Origin: an uncultured Olsenella sp.
Lineage (GTDB): Bacteria > Actinomycetota > Coriobacteriia > Coriobacteriales > Atopobiaceae
Reading direction: 5' to 3'
DNA length: 64,000 nt
Assembly (NCBI GenBank): GCA_900314495.1
Contig: OMVJ01000005.1
Coordinates: 26,726 to 90,725 of the forward strand
The position numbers and the translations under genes are program-made. Every line of letters starts with the position of its first letter. The stretch's first letter is position 1. The notes under the pieces are model-generated. The model had not been told where the DNA came from, searched no databases, and was given only the letters and a program-made list of their open reading frames with translations. Below, piece after piece: positions 37,654 through 46,833 of this stretch.

Positions 37654-38550
37654 ATGAACGAGAGTGCGCTCAAGAATCTGCAGAAGCTGTTCGGTGCTGA
37701 CGCGGAGGGATTCAAGGCCACGGACCCGGAGTTCGACGAGTACTTTGGCAACTTCGCGCTTGACGAGGTGCGCAACCACAAGACCCTTGACGGTCGTGCC
37801 CTGGACGACCGAACCGTGCTCATGACCACCCTTTCCGTGCTCATTGGCTGCCAGGGAATCGATGCGTACAAGGCGATCCTGCCCGCGGCGCTCAAGAACG
37901 GCGTGACGCCCGTCGAGGCCAAGGAGATCGTTTACCAGGCGGTTGACTACTGCGGCCTGGGGCGGGTGCTGCCCTTCCTGGACGCGACGAACGATGCCCT
38001 GAAGGCTGCGGGCGTTGAGCTGCCGCTTGCTCCCCAGTCCACCACCACGCCCGAGACGCGCCTTCAGGCTGGCATAGACAAGCAGGTAACCCTGTTCGGC
38101 GAGAGGATGCGCGACTTCACCACTCGTGGGACGGAGGACAGGCGCTCCATCAACGTCTTCCTTGCTGGAAACTGCTTCGGCGACGTGTACACGCGCGGTG
38201 GCCTCACGGATGCAGAGCGCGAGATGTGCACCTTCTGCTACCTGTACGCGCAAGGCGGCTGCCAGTCGCAGGCGACCAGCCACGCGGTGGCCAACCTCCG
38301 CTGCGGAAACGACCGCCAGTTCCTGATCGAGGTCGTTCTTCAGAACGTTCCCTACCTGGGTTACCCGCGCAGCCTGAACGGCCTGGCAGCCATTGACGAG
38401 GCGACGGAGCGCTTTGCTGGCATGGCTGCCACGGAGAGCTTCGCGAAGGCAGAGAAGAAAGCGAAGGCGGCCCACGAGAAGGCAGCGAAGGACGAGGAGC
38501 ACGACAAGAAGGGCAAGAAGGGCAAGAAGGCGAAGAAGGGCAAGCGCTAG
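37654..38550 (+). CDS. Carboxymuconolactone-decarboxylase-family (CMD/AhpD-like) protein, tandem domains, with a Lys-rich C-terminal tail
   Basis: Two CMD-like repeats (LSVLIGCQG..., FCYLYAQGGCQSQ...). The tail is KAEKKAKAAHEKAAKDEEHDKKGKKGKKAKKGKR. Confidence 0.65.
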   Translation: MNESALKNLQKLFGADAEGFKATDPEFDEYFGNFALDEVRNHKTLDGRALDDRTVLMTTLSVLIGCQGIDAYKAILPAALKNGVTPVEAKEIVYQAVDYCGLGRVLPFLDATNDALKAAGVELPLAPQSTTTPETRLQAGIDKQVTLFGERMRDFTTRGTEDRRSINVFLAGNCFGDVYTRGGLTDAEREMCTFCYLYAQGGCQSQATSHAVANLRCGNDRQFLIEVVLQNVPYLGYPRSLNGLAAIDEATERFAGMAATESFAKAEKKAKAAHEKAAKDEEHDKKGKKGKKAKKGKR

Positions 38551-38562
38551 GAGTCGCTGCCC

Positions 38563-39114
38563 TTACTCCATGGTGTGCGTGGTGAAGACGGGGTCATCCT
38601 TCCAGAGGGTGACCTCGTTTGCTGCCAGCGAGGCCGGCACGTCAATGATGCGCTGGTTGGAGGAACCGCGGAAGCGCAGGGTGATGTCGTGCAGTCGCGC
38701 GACCCACGGGCCATCCACCAGAATGTCCAGGCAGGCCAGGATGCGGTCCATGTCTGGCGAGGCGTGGTCGCCCGTGCCCGTGAGCTGCTCCCAGGTGCGG
38801 CCAGAGTACATCCAGATGGTCTTGGCGTGGCCGTAGCGCTGCCGCACGCGCTCCAGGAAGGGGGCCAGGGCTGCCGCGTTCTCCGGTTCCGTCGGCTCGC
38901 CTCCCAGCACGGAGAGGCCGTCCACATAGAAGGGCTCCAAGGAGTCCAGAATCTGGTCCTCCACCTCTCGCGTGAAGGGGTGGCCGGCGTTGAAGTCCCA
39001 CGCCACGGCGTTGAAGCAGCCCTCGCACCGGAGCCTGCAGCCAGAGACGAAGAGCGTGGTCCTCACGCCCGTGCCGTTGGCGATGTCGCTGTACTTGATT
39101 TCCGCGTAGTTCAT
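38563..39114 (-). CDS. nrdG: Anaerobic ribonucleoside-triphosphate reductase activating protein
   Basis: MNYAEIKYSDIANGTGVRTTLFVSGCRLRCEGCFN (radical-SAM CxxxCxxC in NrdG context). Confidence 0.9.
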   Translation of the reverse strand: MNYAEIKYSDIANGTGVRTTLFVSGCRLRCEGCFNAVAWDFNAGHPFTREVEDQILDSLEPFYVDGLSVLGGEPTEPENAAALAPFLERVRQRYGHAKTIWMYSGRTWEQLTGTGDHASPDMDRILACLDILVDGPWVARLHDITLRFRGSSNQRIIDVPASLAANEVTLWKDDPVFTTHTME

Positions 39115-39275
39115 GGGACCCTCCTTGCCGCGGGCGAATGCCCGAACCGAGGAATGATACTACAGGATGAGCGGGACGAGAATTGCAACGTGTGCCTAAC
39201 CTCTTGGGCTACCGATGGAAGCGACCGCTGATTGGACATTACAATTAGGCCAAAGGGTTGAATGGAGGGGTGTGC

Positions 39276-40976
39276 ATGGGTGCTGCGACATCTGCTAGGT
39301 CACTGCCGGTGGGCGTGTCATCGTTCGAGAGGCTCGTGTCGGGCGACTACTGCTATGTCGACAAGACGCTGCTCGTTCGCGACGTGCTTGAGGACGGCGC
39401 TGAGGTCGTTCTTTTCTGCCGGCCGCGCCGTTTCGGCAAGACGCTAAACCTGGACATGCTGCGCCACTTCTTCGAAATGCCGGCGGAGGGCGCAGATGCG
39501 GGCGACCTGTTTGCGGGCATGCTTGTCTCCTCGTGCGGGGAGGAGGTCCTCCGCCACCAGGGGAAGTATCCTGTGGTCTGGCTGACCTTCAAGGACGTGA
39601 AGTATCCCACATGGGAGGGGGCCCAGCAGGAGCTTGCGCGTTTGGTCGCAAAGGAATGCAGACGGCATCGGTACCTCGAGGAGTCAGAGGCCTGCGACCC
39701 AGAGGATCGAAAGGCCTTCCTACGGATGCTTTCGGGGGATGACCATCTGGTTGGCGAAGCGCTCGAGGTGCTCACGCGCATGTTGGCCGCACACCACGGT
39801 GTCCCTTGCGTGTTGTTGGTGGACGAGTACGACACCCCGGTGAATGAGGCGCTGCACTACGGCTACTACGATGAGGCCGTCCGCTTCATGCGCGTGTTCC
39901 TTTCGGGAGGTCTGAAGGACAACCCGGCTCTCTTCCACGGCTACCTCACGGGAATACTCCGCGTGGCCAAGGAGGGGATCTTCAGCGGGCTCAACAACCT
40001 CAAAGTTGATACCGTGCTCGACAGCAGGTTCGCCCAATATTTCGGCTTCACGCGTGAGGAAGCACGGACCATGTGCGAGGATTGCGGAGTACCCGACAAG
40101 TACACCGAGCTCTGCAGCTGGTACGACGGATACCGCTTTGGTGATCGCGAGATGTTCAACCCCTGGTCGGTCATCAACTACTTCAGCAATGACTGCAAGC
40201 CACGGGCCTATTGGGTCTCTACAAGCTCCAATAGCGTGATCGCGGACGTGCTTGGTCACGCCACACCGGGTGTAGTTCGCGACTTGACCGCGCTCATGGA
40301 GGGCGGGTCGGTGACCGCGTATGTGCATTTGGATGCGGTGTACCCGCGGTTTTATGACGACGTGGACTCCGCGTACAGCCTGTTGCTGATGTCTGGCTAC
40401 CTCACGGTGGAGGGGGACCAGCTGGACGACGCGGGCGAGCTTTGGTCCCTACGGCTTCCCAACCGTGAGCTGGCACTTGTCTACAGGCGCGAGATAATGT
40501 CTGGCCTAGGTGCTGCAATGCCGTCTCCGCGGGCGAAGGAGTTCGGCAAGGCGCTGGTGTTGGGTGACGCAGAGGCTTTGCAAGCATCTTTGGAGGGCCT
40601 CTTGCTGGAGAGTGCCAGCTACTTCGACACCGCGAGCGAGGCATTCTATCATGGGCTCGTGCTCGGGCTGGTCGCCACGGTGGACGGGCGCTACCGTGTG
40701 GAGTCCAACCGGGAGGCGGGCGAGGGGCGCTTCGACATTGCGATGGAGCCCGCGGACGCCGCTGCGAACTTTCCGGGAATCATCATCGAGCTCAAGGCGG
40801 TGCCGAAGGCCAACGCTAGTGAGGACCAGTTGGATGCGCAGTGCCAGGCAGCGGTAGACCAGATTCGCAGCAGACAGTACTTTTCTGATATGAAATCGCA
40901 CGGCGTGCGGGACGTTCTGGCCTATGGTGTCGCCTTCGGTGGCAAGCGTGCCAAGGTCCAGGTAGAGAAGCTGTGA
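39276..40976 (+). CDS. Predicted AAA-ATPase N-terminal domain fused to a PD-(D/E)xK nuclease-like C-terminal domain (AAA-ATPase_like/PDDEXK_9 architecture)
   Basis: LPVGVSSFERLVSGDYCYVDKTLL...LFCRPRRFGKTLNLDML and the C-terminal block GEGRFDIAMEP...IIIELK. Confidence 0.7.
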   Translation: MGAATSARSLPVGVSSFERLVSGDYCYVDKTLLVRDVLEDGAEVVLFCRPRRFGKTLNLDMLRHFFEMPAEGADAGDLFAGMLVSSCGEEVLRHQGKYPVVWLTFKDVKYPTWEGAQQELARLVAKECRRHRYLEESEACDPEDRKAFLRMLSGDDHLVGEALEVLTRMLAAHHGVPCVLLVDEYDTPVNEALHYGYYDEAVRFMRVFLSGGLKDNPALFHGYLTGILRVAKEGIFSGLNNLKVDTVLDSRFAQYFGFTREEARTMCEDCGVPDKYTELCSWYDGYRFGDREMFNPWSVINYFSNDCKPRAYWVSTSSNSVIADVLGHATPGVVRDLTALMEGGSVTAYVHLDAVYPRFYDDVDSAYSLLLMSGYLTVEGDQLDDAGELWSLRLPNRELALVYRREIMSGLGAAMPSPRAKEFGKALVLGDAEALQASLEGLLLESASYFDTASEAFYHGLVLGLVATVDGRYRVESNREAGEGRFDIAMEPADAAANFPGIIIELKAVPKANASEDQLDAQCQAAVDQIRSRQYFSDMKSHGVRDVLAYGVAFGGKRAKVQVEKL

Positions 40977-40982
40977 GCTGGG

Positions 40983-41047
40983 GAGATGGGGGGACGCACC
41001 TTTTGTCTCATGTGTGAATGAGACAAAAGGTGCGTCCCCCTGACTCA
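40983..41047. repeat. Type-A palindromic repeat, diverged full unit
   Basis: GAGATGGGGGGACGCACCTTTTGTCTCAT-GTGTGA-ATGAGACAAAAGGTGCGTCCCCCTGACTCA lies between convergent genes. Its last 3 nt (TCA) are the stop codon of the minus-strand gene. Confidence 0.9.
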
Positions 41048-41533
41048 TATGCGGACCAGGTTGACGGTGGTGCCGTGGTTCCTGATGATCTGCACCAGGT
41101 CCGCGCCCTTTAGGTACACCGTTGCCGTGTTCTCGTTGGGGTGCACGCCGATGAGCGCGCCGTGTTGGGCAAAGTCGTCATCCAGGAAGAACGTGACCCT
41201 GCGCTCCTCGTCGTTCAACAGGCCGAATGGGGTGACGGCGCCGGGTATGAGGCCAAGCATGGTCGCAAGGTCTTCCTCAGGGGCGAAGCGCAGGCGACGC
41301 AGGCCGTTTGCGCGGCGGAAGTCGTTGAGGCTGACCCGCTTGTGCTCTTGGCAGGTGAGCAGGTAGTAGTCGCGCTTCTTCTCGTCGCAGAGGAAGAGGT
41401 TCTTGGCGCCAGCTTCGGGGTGGGGCAGGGTGAGCCTGTCCATCTCCTCCACGGTGTAGCAGGCGGGATGGTCGATGCGCTCGTACGCAATGCCCAGCTC
41501 GTCCAGGTAGGAGCACACTTCTTCTTTGTTCAT
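41045..41533 (-). CDS. YbaK/ProX-like aminoacyl-tRNA deacylase domain protein
   Basis: MNKEEVCSYLDELGIAYERIDHPACYTVEEMD...NLFLCDEKKRDYYL...GAVTPFGL. Confidence 0.75.
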   Translation of the reverse strand: MNKEEVCSYLDELGIAYERIDHPACYTVEEMDRLTLPHPEAGAKNLFLCDEKKRDYYLLTCQEHKRVSLNDFRRANGLRRLRFAPEEDLATMLGLIPGAVTPFGLLNDEERRVTFFLDDDFAQHGALIGVHPNENTATVYLKGADLVQIIRNHGTTVNLVRI

Positions 41534-41611
41534 GTGGGGCCTTCTGTTGATGACGGGACTGCCCAAGCCTGACTCTCAGTAGAGGAGACACGTGATGCCA
41601 GCGATGCCAGC

Positions 41612-42118
41612 TTACCGCACGTCAGCTGCGCGCAAGGCCGCGGCCATCTGGTCTCCAGACTCCTGCATGCCCCGTGCCATCCATTCCTCAACCCACGCGA
41701 GCATCCCGCCTCCCACGAAAGCGACCACGTACGCCTCCGCGTTGGGTTGGTCTGGCTTGGGGCCAAAGAGCCCTAGGTAGGCTTCGCGGAAGATGTGGAA
41801 GATGCCGCGCCGTTCCAGCAGCAGGTAATAGTCTGCGTTGGCCTGCAGGTGCGCGAAGAAGCTGCCGTAGCGGTCGGCCTCGGAGTCGTGGGGCTGGGAG
41901 TCGTAGGCCTCCCGCCACACCCGCAGGCGACGCGTCACCTCGCGGTGCAATATGTCCTCCACGCTGCTGAAGTTGCGATAGAAGGAGTTGCGGCTCACCT
42001 GGGCCTCCTGGCAAATGCGGCTCACGGTGAGTGATACCAGGTCCTCGCTGCGCAGCAGGCTGATGGCTGCCTTCGTGATGGCCTTGGTCACGTAGCTGTT
42101 TCTCTCTGCGTTCCCCAT
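41612..42118 (-). CDS. TetR/AcrR-family transcriptional regulator
   Basis: HTH LTVSRICQEAQVSRNSFYRNF. Divergent from the hydrolase gene. Confidence 0.85.
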   Translation of the reverse strand: MGNAERNSYVTKAITKAAISLLRSEDLVSLTVSRICQEAQVSRNSFYRNFSSVEDILHREVTRRLRVWREAYDSQPHDSEADRYGSFFAHLQANADYYLLLERRGIFHIFREAYLGLFGPKPDQPNAEAYVVAFVGGGMLAWVEEWMARGMQESGDQMAAALRAADVR

Positions 42119-42248
42119 GCTGGTACAAAACCTCCCCCGGTGCGCCATTTTATTTGGACACTGGCGCGTGGTTCTGTTGGATGGTACAAATGTGACATCA
42201 AGAGGCCTGCAAAGTCAAGTGGGCAGCTGTGCATCCAAGGGAGAGGAC

Positions 42249-43214
42249 ATGAGGAAGGTGCTCGGGATTGTTCTGCGCGTCGTGCTGGGGATTCTCGTGG
42301 TCGCTGTGGTGGCGCTTGCGGGCCTCGCGCTCTTTGCCAAGTACAAGGGAGCCAACTACTACAAGTTCACGGAGCCGGCGGGCGACGTGGAGAAGCGCTT
42401 TACCGGTCTGGGCGGCCACGAAGTGGCATCTGCAAGCTACGACGCAGGTGACGACCTCTGCAAGCAGCACAAGGTGTGGTATCCCACGGACATGGCGGAC
42501 GGCGAGAAGTACCCGCTGGTAATCGTGGTCAACGGGACCGGCTCCACGGCGGACACCTACGAGTCGCAGATGCGCCACCTTGCGTCCTGGGGCTTCATTG
42601 TGGCGGGCAACATGGACCAGAACACCCACACCGGTGCCTCGGCGGCCAAGACCCTGGACTACGTGCTGGCGCTCAATGAGGACGCGTCGGGTCCGCTCTT
42701 CGGCAGGGTGGATGCGGACCACATCGGCATTGGGGGCCATTCCCAAGGCGGCGTGGGCGTGATCAACGCCGTGACGGCCCAGCCCAACGGCAGCCGCTAC
42801 GCCGCCATGTACACCGCCAGTGCCACGGGTAACTATTGGGGCCAGGATTCGGCTCTTGGCCCGGAATGGGCCTACGACGTGTCCAAGGTGCGGATTCCCT
42901 ACCTCATGACGGCTGGTACGGGCGCATTCGACGCGGGCACGGCCACGGACATCACCGCCACGGAGGGCCAAGGAATCTCCCCGCTCTACGACATGCTTCG
43001 CAACTTTGGTGCCGTGCCGGCCGGCGTGCCCAAGGTCATGGCCCGCGCGGTCGACAAGGACCACGGTGACATGCCTGCCTGCGGCGACGCCTACATGACG
43101 GCCTGGTTTGCCTACTGGCTGCAGGGTGATGCGGATGCTGGGGCGGCCTTCTTCGGGAGCGACGCGGAGATCCTGGCCAACCCCAACTGGCAGGACGTGC
43201 AAGTGAGCGAGTAG
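42249..43214 (+). CDS. Membrane-anchored alpha/beta hydrolase
   Basis: N-terminal TM, PLVIVVNGTGS, and nucleophile elbow GGHSQGG. Confidence 0.7.
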   Translation: MRKVLGIVLRVVLGILVVAVVALAGLALFAKYKGANYYKFTEPAGDVEKRFTGLGGHEVASASYDAGDDLCKQHKVWYPTDMADGEKYPLVIVVNGTGSTADTYESQMRHLASWGFIVAGNMDQNTHTGASAAKTLDYVLALNEDASGPLFGRVDADHIGIGGHSQGGVGVINAVTAQPNGSRYAAMYTASATGNYWGQDSALGPEWAYDVSKVRIPYLMTAGTGAFDAGTATDITATEGQGISPLYDMLRNFGAVPAGVPKVMARAVDKDHGDMPACGDAYMTAWFAYWLQGDADAGAAFFGSDAEILANPNWQDVQVSE

Positions 43215-43262
43215 ACAAGTGCGAGCGGGCGGCAACCTAGGCGCGTGTTGAGAGGGAGATTC

Positions 43263-43400
43263 ATGAAATTCTTTACAAGAAGGCGGGTAATCGTGCTGGT
43301 GATTGTGGCCGTAGCGGGCTTTGTGACGGGGCGGCTCGCCCTGCGTGCGGTGGGCAACCTCCTGCTGGGCGGGACCCTCTTTGGAGGCAACATCTTATGA
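43263..43400 (+). CDS. Candidate 45-aa membrane micro-protein (MKFFTRRRVIVLVIVAVAGFVTGRLALRAVGNLLLGGTLFGGNIL)
   Basis: RBS GGGAG lies 4-5 nt upstream. Its stop overlaps the next gene's start (ATGA). Absent from the ORF track because it is shorter than 60 aa. Confidence 0.4.
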   Translation: MKFFTRRRVIVLVIVAVAGFVTGRLALRAVGNLLLGGTLFGGNIL

Positions 43401-44407
43401 GAAGCAAGAACGCGGACAAGGTCGCTCGCAAGGTGGAGCGCAAGCGCAAGGGAACGGGGAAGTTCGTTGGTCTTTGCATTCTCGTGTTCGTTGCCGCCGC
43501 TGCCCTTGGCGTGGCGTCGCGCATGCTGATCAGCCCCTCGTGGGCCCGCGAGTACTCCGTTGCGTGGAGCGACGAGCTTGGGACCAGGCTGACCGACCTC
43601 CCTTACGGCGATGGCGAGGCTCAGAAGTTTGACCTGTACCTGCCGGCCGACTCGTCCCGCAGGAACTACGGCTTGGTGGTCTACCTGCATCCGGGTGGTT
43701 TCACCTCGGGTGACAAGTCTGGTGACGAGCAGACCCTCGCCTGGCTGTGCTCAAAGGGCTACGTGGCTGCGGGCATCAACTATACGCTCTTCTCGGAGGA
43801 GCACCCCGAGGCCAACGTGCGGACGCAGTCGGATGAGATAAAGGCTGCCATGCCCTGTGTGGTTCAAGCCGCCGAGCAGGCGGGTTTCCACGTGAACAAG
43901 ATGGCTGTTGCCGGCGGCTCCGCGGGCGGGTGCCTGGCCCTCATCTATGCCTACCGCGATGCGGGCACCTCCCCCGTCCCGGTGACCATGGTCTTCGAGG
44001 CGGTGGGCCCCTCCAGCTTCTACCCCGAGGACTGGTCAAACTACGGCTTTGACCAGCCTGGCGCCGAGGAGGCGGCGGCCGGGCTGTTCTCCACCATGTG
44101 CGGCACGAAGATCACGCCGGACATGTTTGGCACGGCGGCTTACGACGAGGCCGTGAAGCCCGTGAGCGCGCTTCTGTGGGTGAGCGACCAGACGGTGCCC
44201 ACGGTCATGGCCTACGGCAAGTACGACACGATGCAGCCCTTTGCCGCGTCGGTGCGGCTGGACGCGGCCCTTACGGAGCACGGCGTGCGGCACGAGTACC
44301 TGGTGGCGGAGCATTCCGGTCACGGCCTGCAGAACGACGACGAGGTCATGCGCCAGTACATGCAGAAGGTCGAGGAGTATTTGGTCGAGTACCTGCCGGT
44401 GGAGTAG
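43397..44407 (+). CDS. Membrane-anchored alpha/beta hydrolase (esterase/lipase-like)
   Basis: N-terminal TM, oxyanion-hole-like LHPGGF, and nucleophile elbow GGSAGG. Confidence 0.7.
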   Translation: MRSKNADKVARKVERKRKGTGKFVGLCILVFVAAAALGVASRMLISPSWAREYSVAWSDELGTRLTDLPYGDGEAQKFDLYLPADSSRRNYGLVVYLHPGGFTSGDKSGDEQTLAWLCSKGYVAAGINYTLFSEEHPEANVRTQSDEIKAAMPCVVQAAEQAGFHVNKMAVAGGSAGGCLALIYAYRDAGTSPVPVTMVFEAVGPSSFYPEDWSNYGFDQPGAEEAAAGLFSTMCGTKITPDMFGTAAYDEAVKPVSALLWVSDQTVPTVMAYGKYDTMQPFAASVRLDAALTEHGVRHEYLVAEHSGHGLQNDDEVMRQYMQKVEEYLVEYLPVE

Positions 44408-44488
44408 GGGCCGGCGCGGGCGTCTAAACGAAGCGCCACCGCAGCCCGTGGTGGGTTGCGGCGGCGCCACTTGGCGCAAGTCATTTGC

Positions 44489-44535
44489 ATGAGACAAAAG
44501 GTACGTCCCCCTGTCTCAACCGTCCCCCTGTCTCA
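44489..44535. repeat. Type-A repeat, single arm (44489-44518) plus a 15-nt partial duplication (44521-44535)
   Basis: ATGAGACAAAAGGTACGTCCCCCTGTCTCA, then CGTCCCCCTGTCTCA. It abuts the nrdD TAA stop. Confidence 0.9.
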
Positions 44536-46758
44536 TTACAGGTGAAGGACGCGGTCCTTGATCTCCTCCGTGCGACCCTGGTTCCAGTACTGGGTGCCAA
44601 TGTAGCCGCAGGTACGGCGGGCGACGTTCATCTTGGTCTGGTCGCGGTTGCCGCAGTGCGGGCACTCCCACACCAGCTTGCCGTCGTCCTCCACGATCTT
44701 GATCTCCCCGTCGTAGCCGCACACCTGGCAGTAGTCGCTCTTGGTGTTGAGCTCGGCGTACATGATGTTCTCGTAAATGAACTGCATGACGCGGATGACG
44801 GCCTGCAGGTTGTCCTGCATGTTGGGGACCTCCACGTAGCTGATGGCTCCGCCGGGGGAGAGGCGCTGGAAGTCGGACTCGAACTTGAGCTTGGTGAAGG
44901 CGTCAATCTGCTCGCGCACGTTCACGTGGTAGCTGTTGGTGATGTAGCCGTGGTCGGTGATGCCCTTGATCAGGCCGAAGCGGCGCTGCAGGCACTTGGC
45001 GAACTTGTAGGTGGTGGACTCCAGCGGCGTGCCGTACAGGGAGTAGTCAATGTTCTCCGCGGCCTTCCACTCGAAGCACTTGTCGTTCATGTGCTGCATG
45101 ACCTGCAGGGCGAAGGGCTTGGCCTCCGGGTCAGTGTGGCTCTTGCCCGTCATGTACTTCACGCACTCGTACAGGCCGGCGTAGCCCAGGCTGATGGTGG
45201 AGTAGCCGCCGTACAGCAGCTTGTCGATGGTCTCGCCCTTCTTCAGGCGGGCTAGGGCACCGTACTGCCAGAGGATGGGCGCGGCGTCAGAGACGGTACC
45301 GCGCAGGCGGTCGTGGCGGGCGCGCAGGGCGCGGTGGCAGAGCTCCAGGCGCTCGTCGAAGATCTGCCAGAACTTCTGCACGTCACCGCCGGAGGAAAGC
45401 GCGACGTCCGGCAGGTTGATGGTGACGACGCCCTGGTTGAAGCGGCCGTAGTACTTGGGCTTGCTGGGGTCGTAGTTCTTGGCGTTGGCCACGTTGTCGT
45501 AGCCGTTGCCAGAGCGGTCGGGCGTGAGGAAGGAGCGGCAGCCCATGCAGGTGTACACGTCGCCGTTGCCCTCGGTCTCGCCCTTGGAGAGCTTGTACTC
45601 CTTCATCTTCTTCTCGGAGATGTAGTCCGGCACCATGCGCTTGGCCGTGCACTTGGCGGCCAGCTTGGTGAGGTAGAAGTACTCGCTGTCCGGCGTCACG
45701 TTGTCGGGCTCCAGCACGTAGATGAGCTTGGGGAAGGCCGGGGTGATCCAGACGCCCGCCTCGTTCTTCACGCCCTGGTAGCGCTGGCGCAGCATCTCCT
45801 CAATGCAGAGGGCCAGGTCGTGCTTCTCCTGCGGGGTCTCGGCCTCGTTCAGGTACATGAAGACGGTGATGAAGGGTGCCTGGCCGTTTGTGGTCATGAG
45901 GGTGACGACCTGGTACTGAATGGTCTGGATGCCGCGGGCAACCTCGTCGCGCAGGCGCCTCTCCACGATCTGAGCAATCTTTTCCTGGCCGGGGTGCGCG
46001 TCGATGGCCTCCATCTCCGCATACACCTGGCGGCGGATCTTCTTGCGGCTCACGTCCACGAACTTGGCCAGGTGGTATAGCGAGATTGACTGGCCGCCGT
46101 ACTGGCAGGAGGCCACCTGGGCAATGATCTGCGTGGCAATGTTGCACGCGGTGGAGAAGCTGTGCGGCTTCTCGATCATGGTGCCGGAGATGACCGTGCC
46201 GTTCTGCAGCATGTCGTCCAGGTTGACTAGGTCGCAGTTGTGCATGTGCTGCGCGAAGTAGTCAGCGTCGTGGAAGTGGATGACGCCCTCCTCGTGGGCC
46301 TTCACCACGTCCTCCGGCAGGAGCTGGCGCATGGTCAGGTCCTTGGAGACCTCGCCGGCCATGTAGTCGCGCTGCACGGACACCACGGTGGGGTTCTTGT
46401 TGGAGTTCTCCTGCTTGACTTCCTCGTTGTTGGCCTCGATGAGCGAGAGGATCTTGTCGTCCGTGGTGTTCTTCTGGCGCTTCTGGTTGCGCAGGTAGCG
46501 GTAGATGATGTAGTGACGGGCCACGTTGAAGTGGTCGAGGGCCATGAGCTGGTCCTCCACCAGGTCCTGGACCTCCTCGACGGTCACGGTGTGACCGGCC
46601 GCCTCGCACTCGTCCTGGACGTTGAGGGCGGCGAACTTGACCTCGCGATCGGTGAGGCGATCCTCTTCGGGAACCTCGTGGTTGGCGCCCTGGATGGCGT
46701 TGACAATCTTGGTGGTATCGAAGGTAACCTCGGAGCCGTTACGCTTGATGATCTTCAT
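44536..46758 (-). CDS. nrdD: Anaerobic ribonucleoside-triphosphate reductase (class III)
   Basis: N-terminal ATP-cone (MKIIKRNGSEVTFDTTKIVNAI), C-terminal Zn ribbon CQVCGYDGE...CPHCGN, and glycyl-radical motif RRTCGYIG. RBS GAGGGAG precedes the ATG. Confidence 0.95.
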   Translation of the reverse strand: MKIIKRNGSEVTFDTTKIVNAIQGANHEVPEEDRLTDREVKFAALNVQDECEAAGHTVTVEEVQDLVEDQLMALDHFNVARHYIIYRYLRNQKRQKNTTDDKILSLIEANNEEVKQENSNKNPTVVSVQRDYMAGEVSKDLTMRQLLPEDVVKAHEEGVIHFHDADYFAQHMHNCDLVNLDDMLQNGTVISGTMIEKPHSFSTACNIATQIIAQVASCQYGGQSISLYHLAKFVDVSRKKIRRQVYAEMEAIDAHPGQEKIAQIVERRLRDEVARGIQTIQYQVVTLMTTNGQAPFITVFMYLNEAETPQEKHDLALCIEEMLRQRYQGVKNEAGVWITPAFPKLIYVLEPDNVTPDSEYFYLTKLAAKCTAKRMVPDYISEKKMKEYKLSKGETEGNGDVYTCMGCRSFLTPDRSGNGYDNVANAKNYDPSKPKYYGRFNQGVVTINLPDVALSSGGDVQKFWQIFDERLELCHRALRARHDRLRGTVSDAAPILWQYGALARLKKGETIDKLLYGGYSTISLGYAGLYECVKYMTGKSHTDPEAKPFALQVMQHMNDKCFEWKAAENIDYSLYGTPLESTTYKFAKCLQRRFGLIKGITDHGYITNSYHVNVREQIDAFTKLKFESDFQRLSPGGAISYVEVPNMQDNLQAVIRVMQFIYENIMYAELNTKSDYCQVCGYDGEIKIVEDDGKLVWECPHCGNRDQTKMNVARRTCGYIGTQYWNQGRTEEIKDRVLHL

Positions 46759-46833
46759 AGTTGCTCCCTCGCCTATAGTTGCAAAACGTGCCGCAAAAAA
46801 GTCGGGCCTACCTCGCGGTTTGCCCTCTACGTA

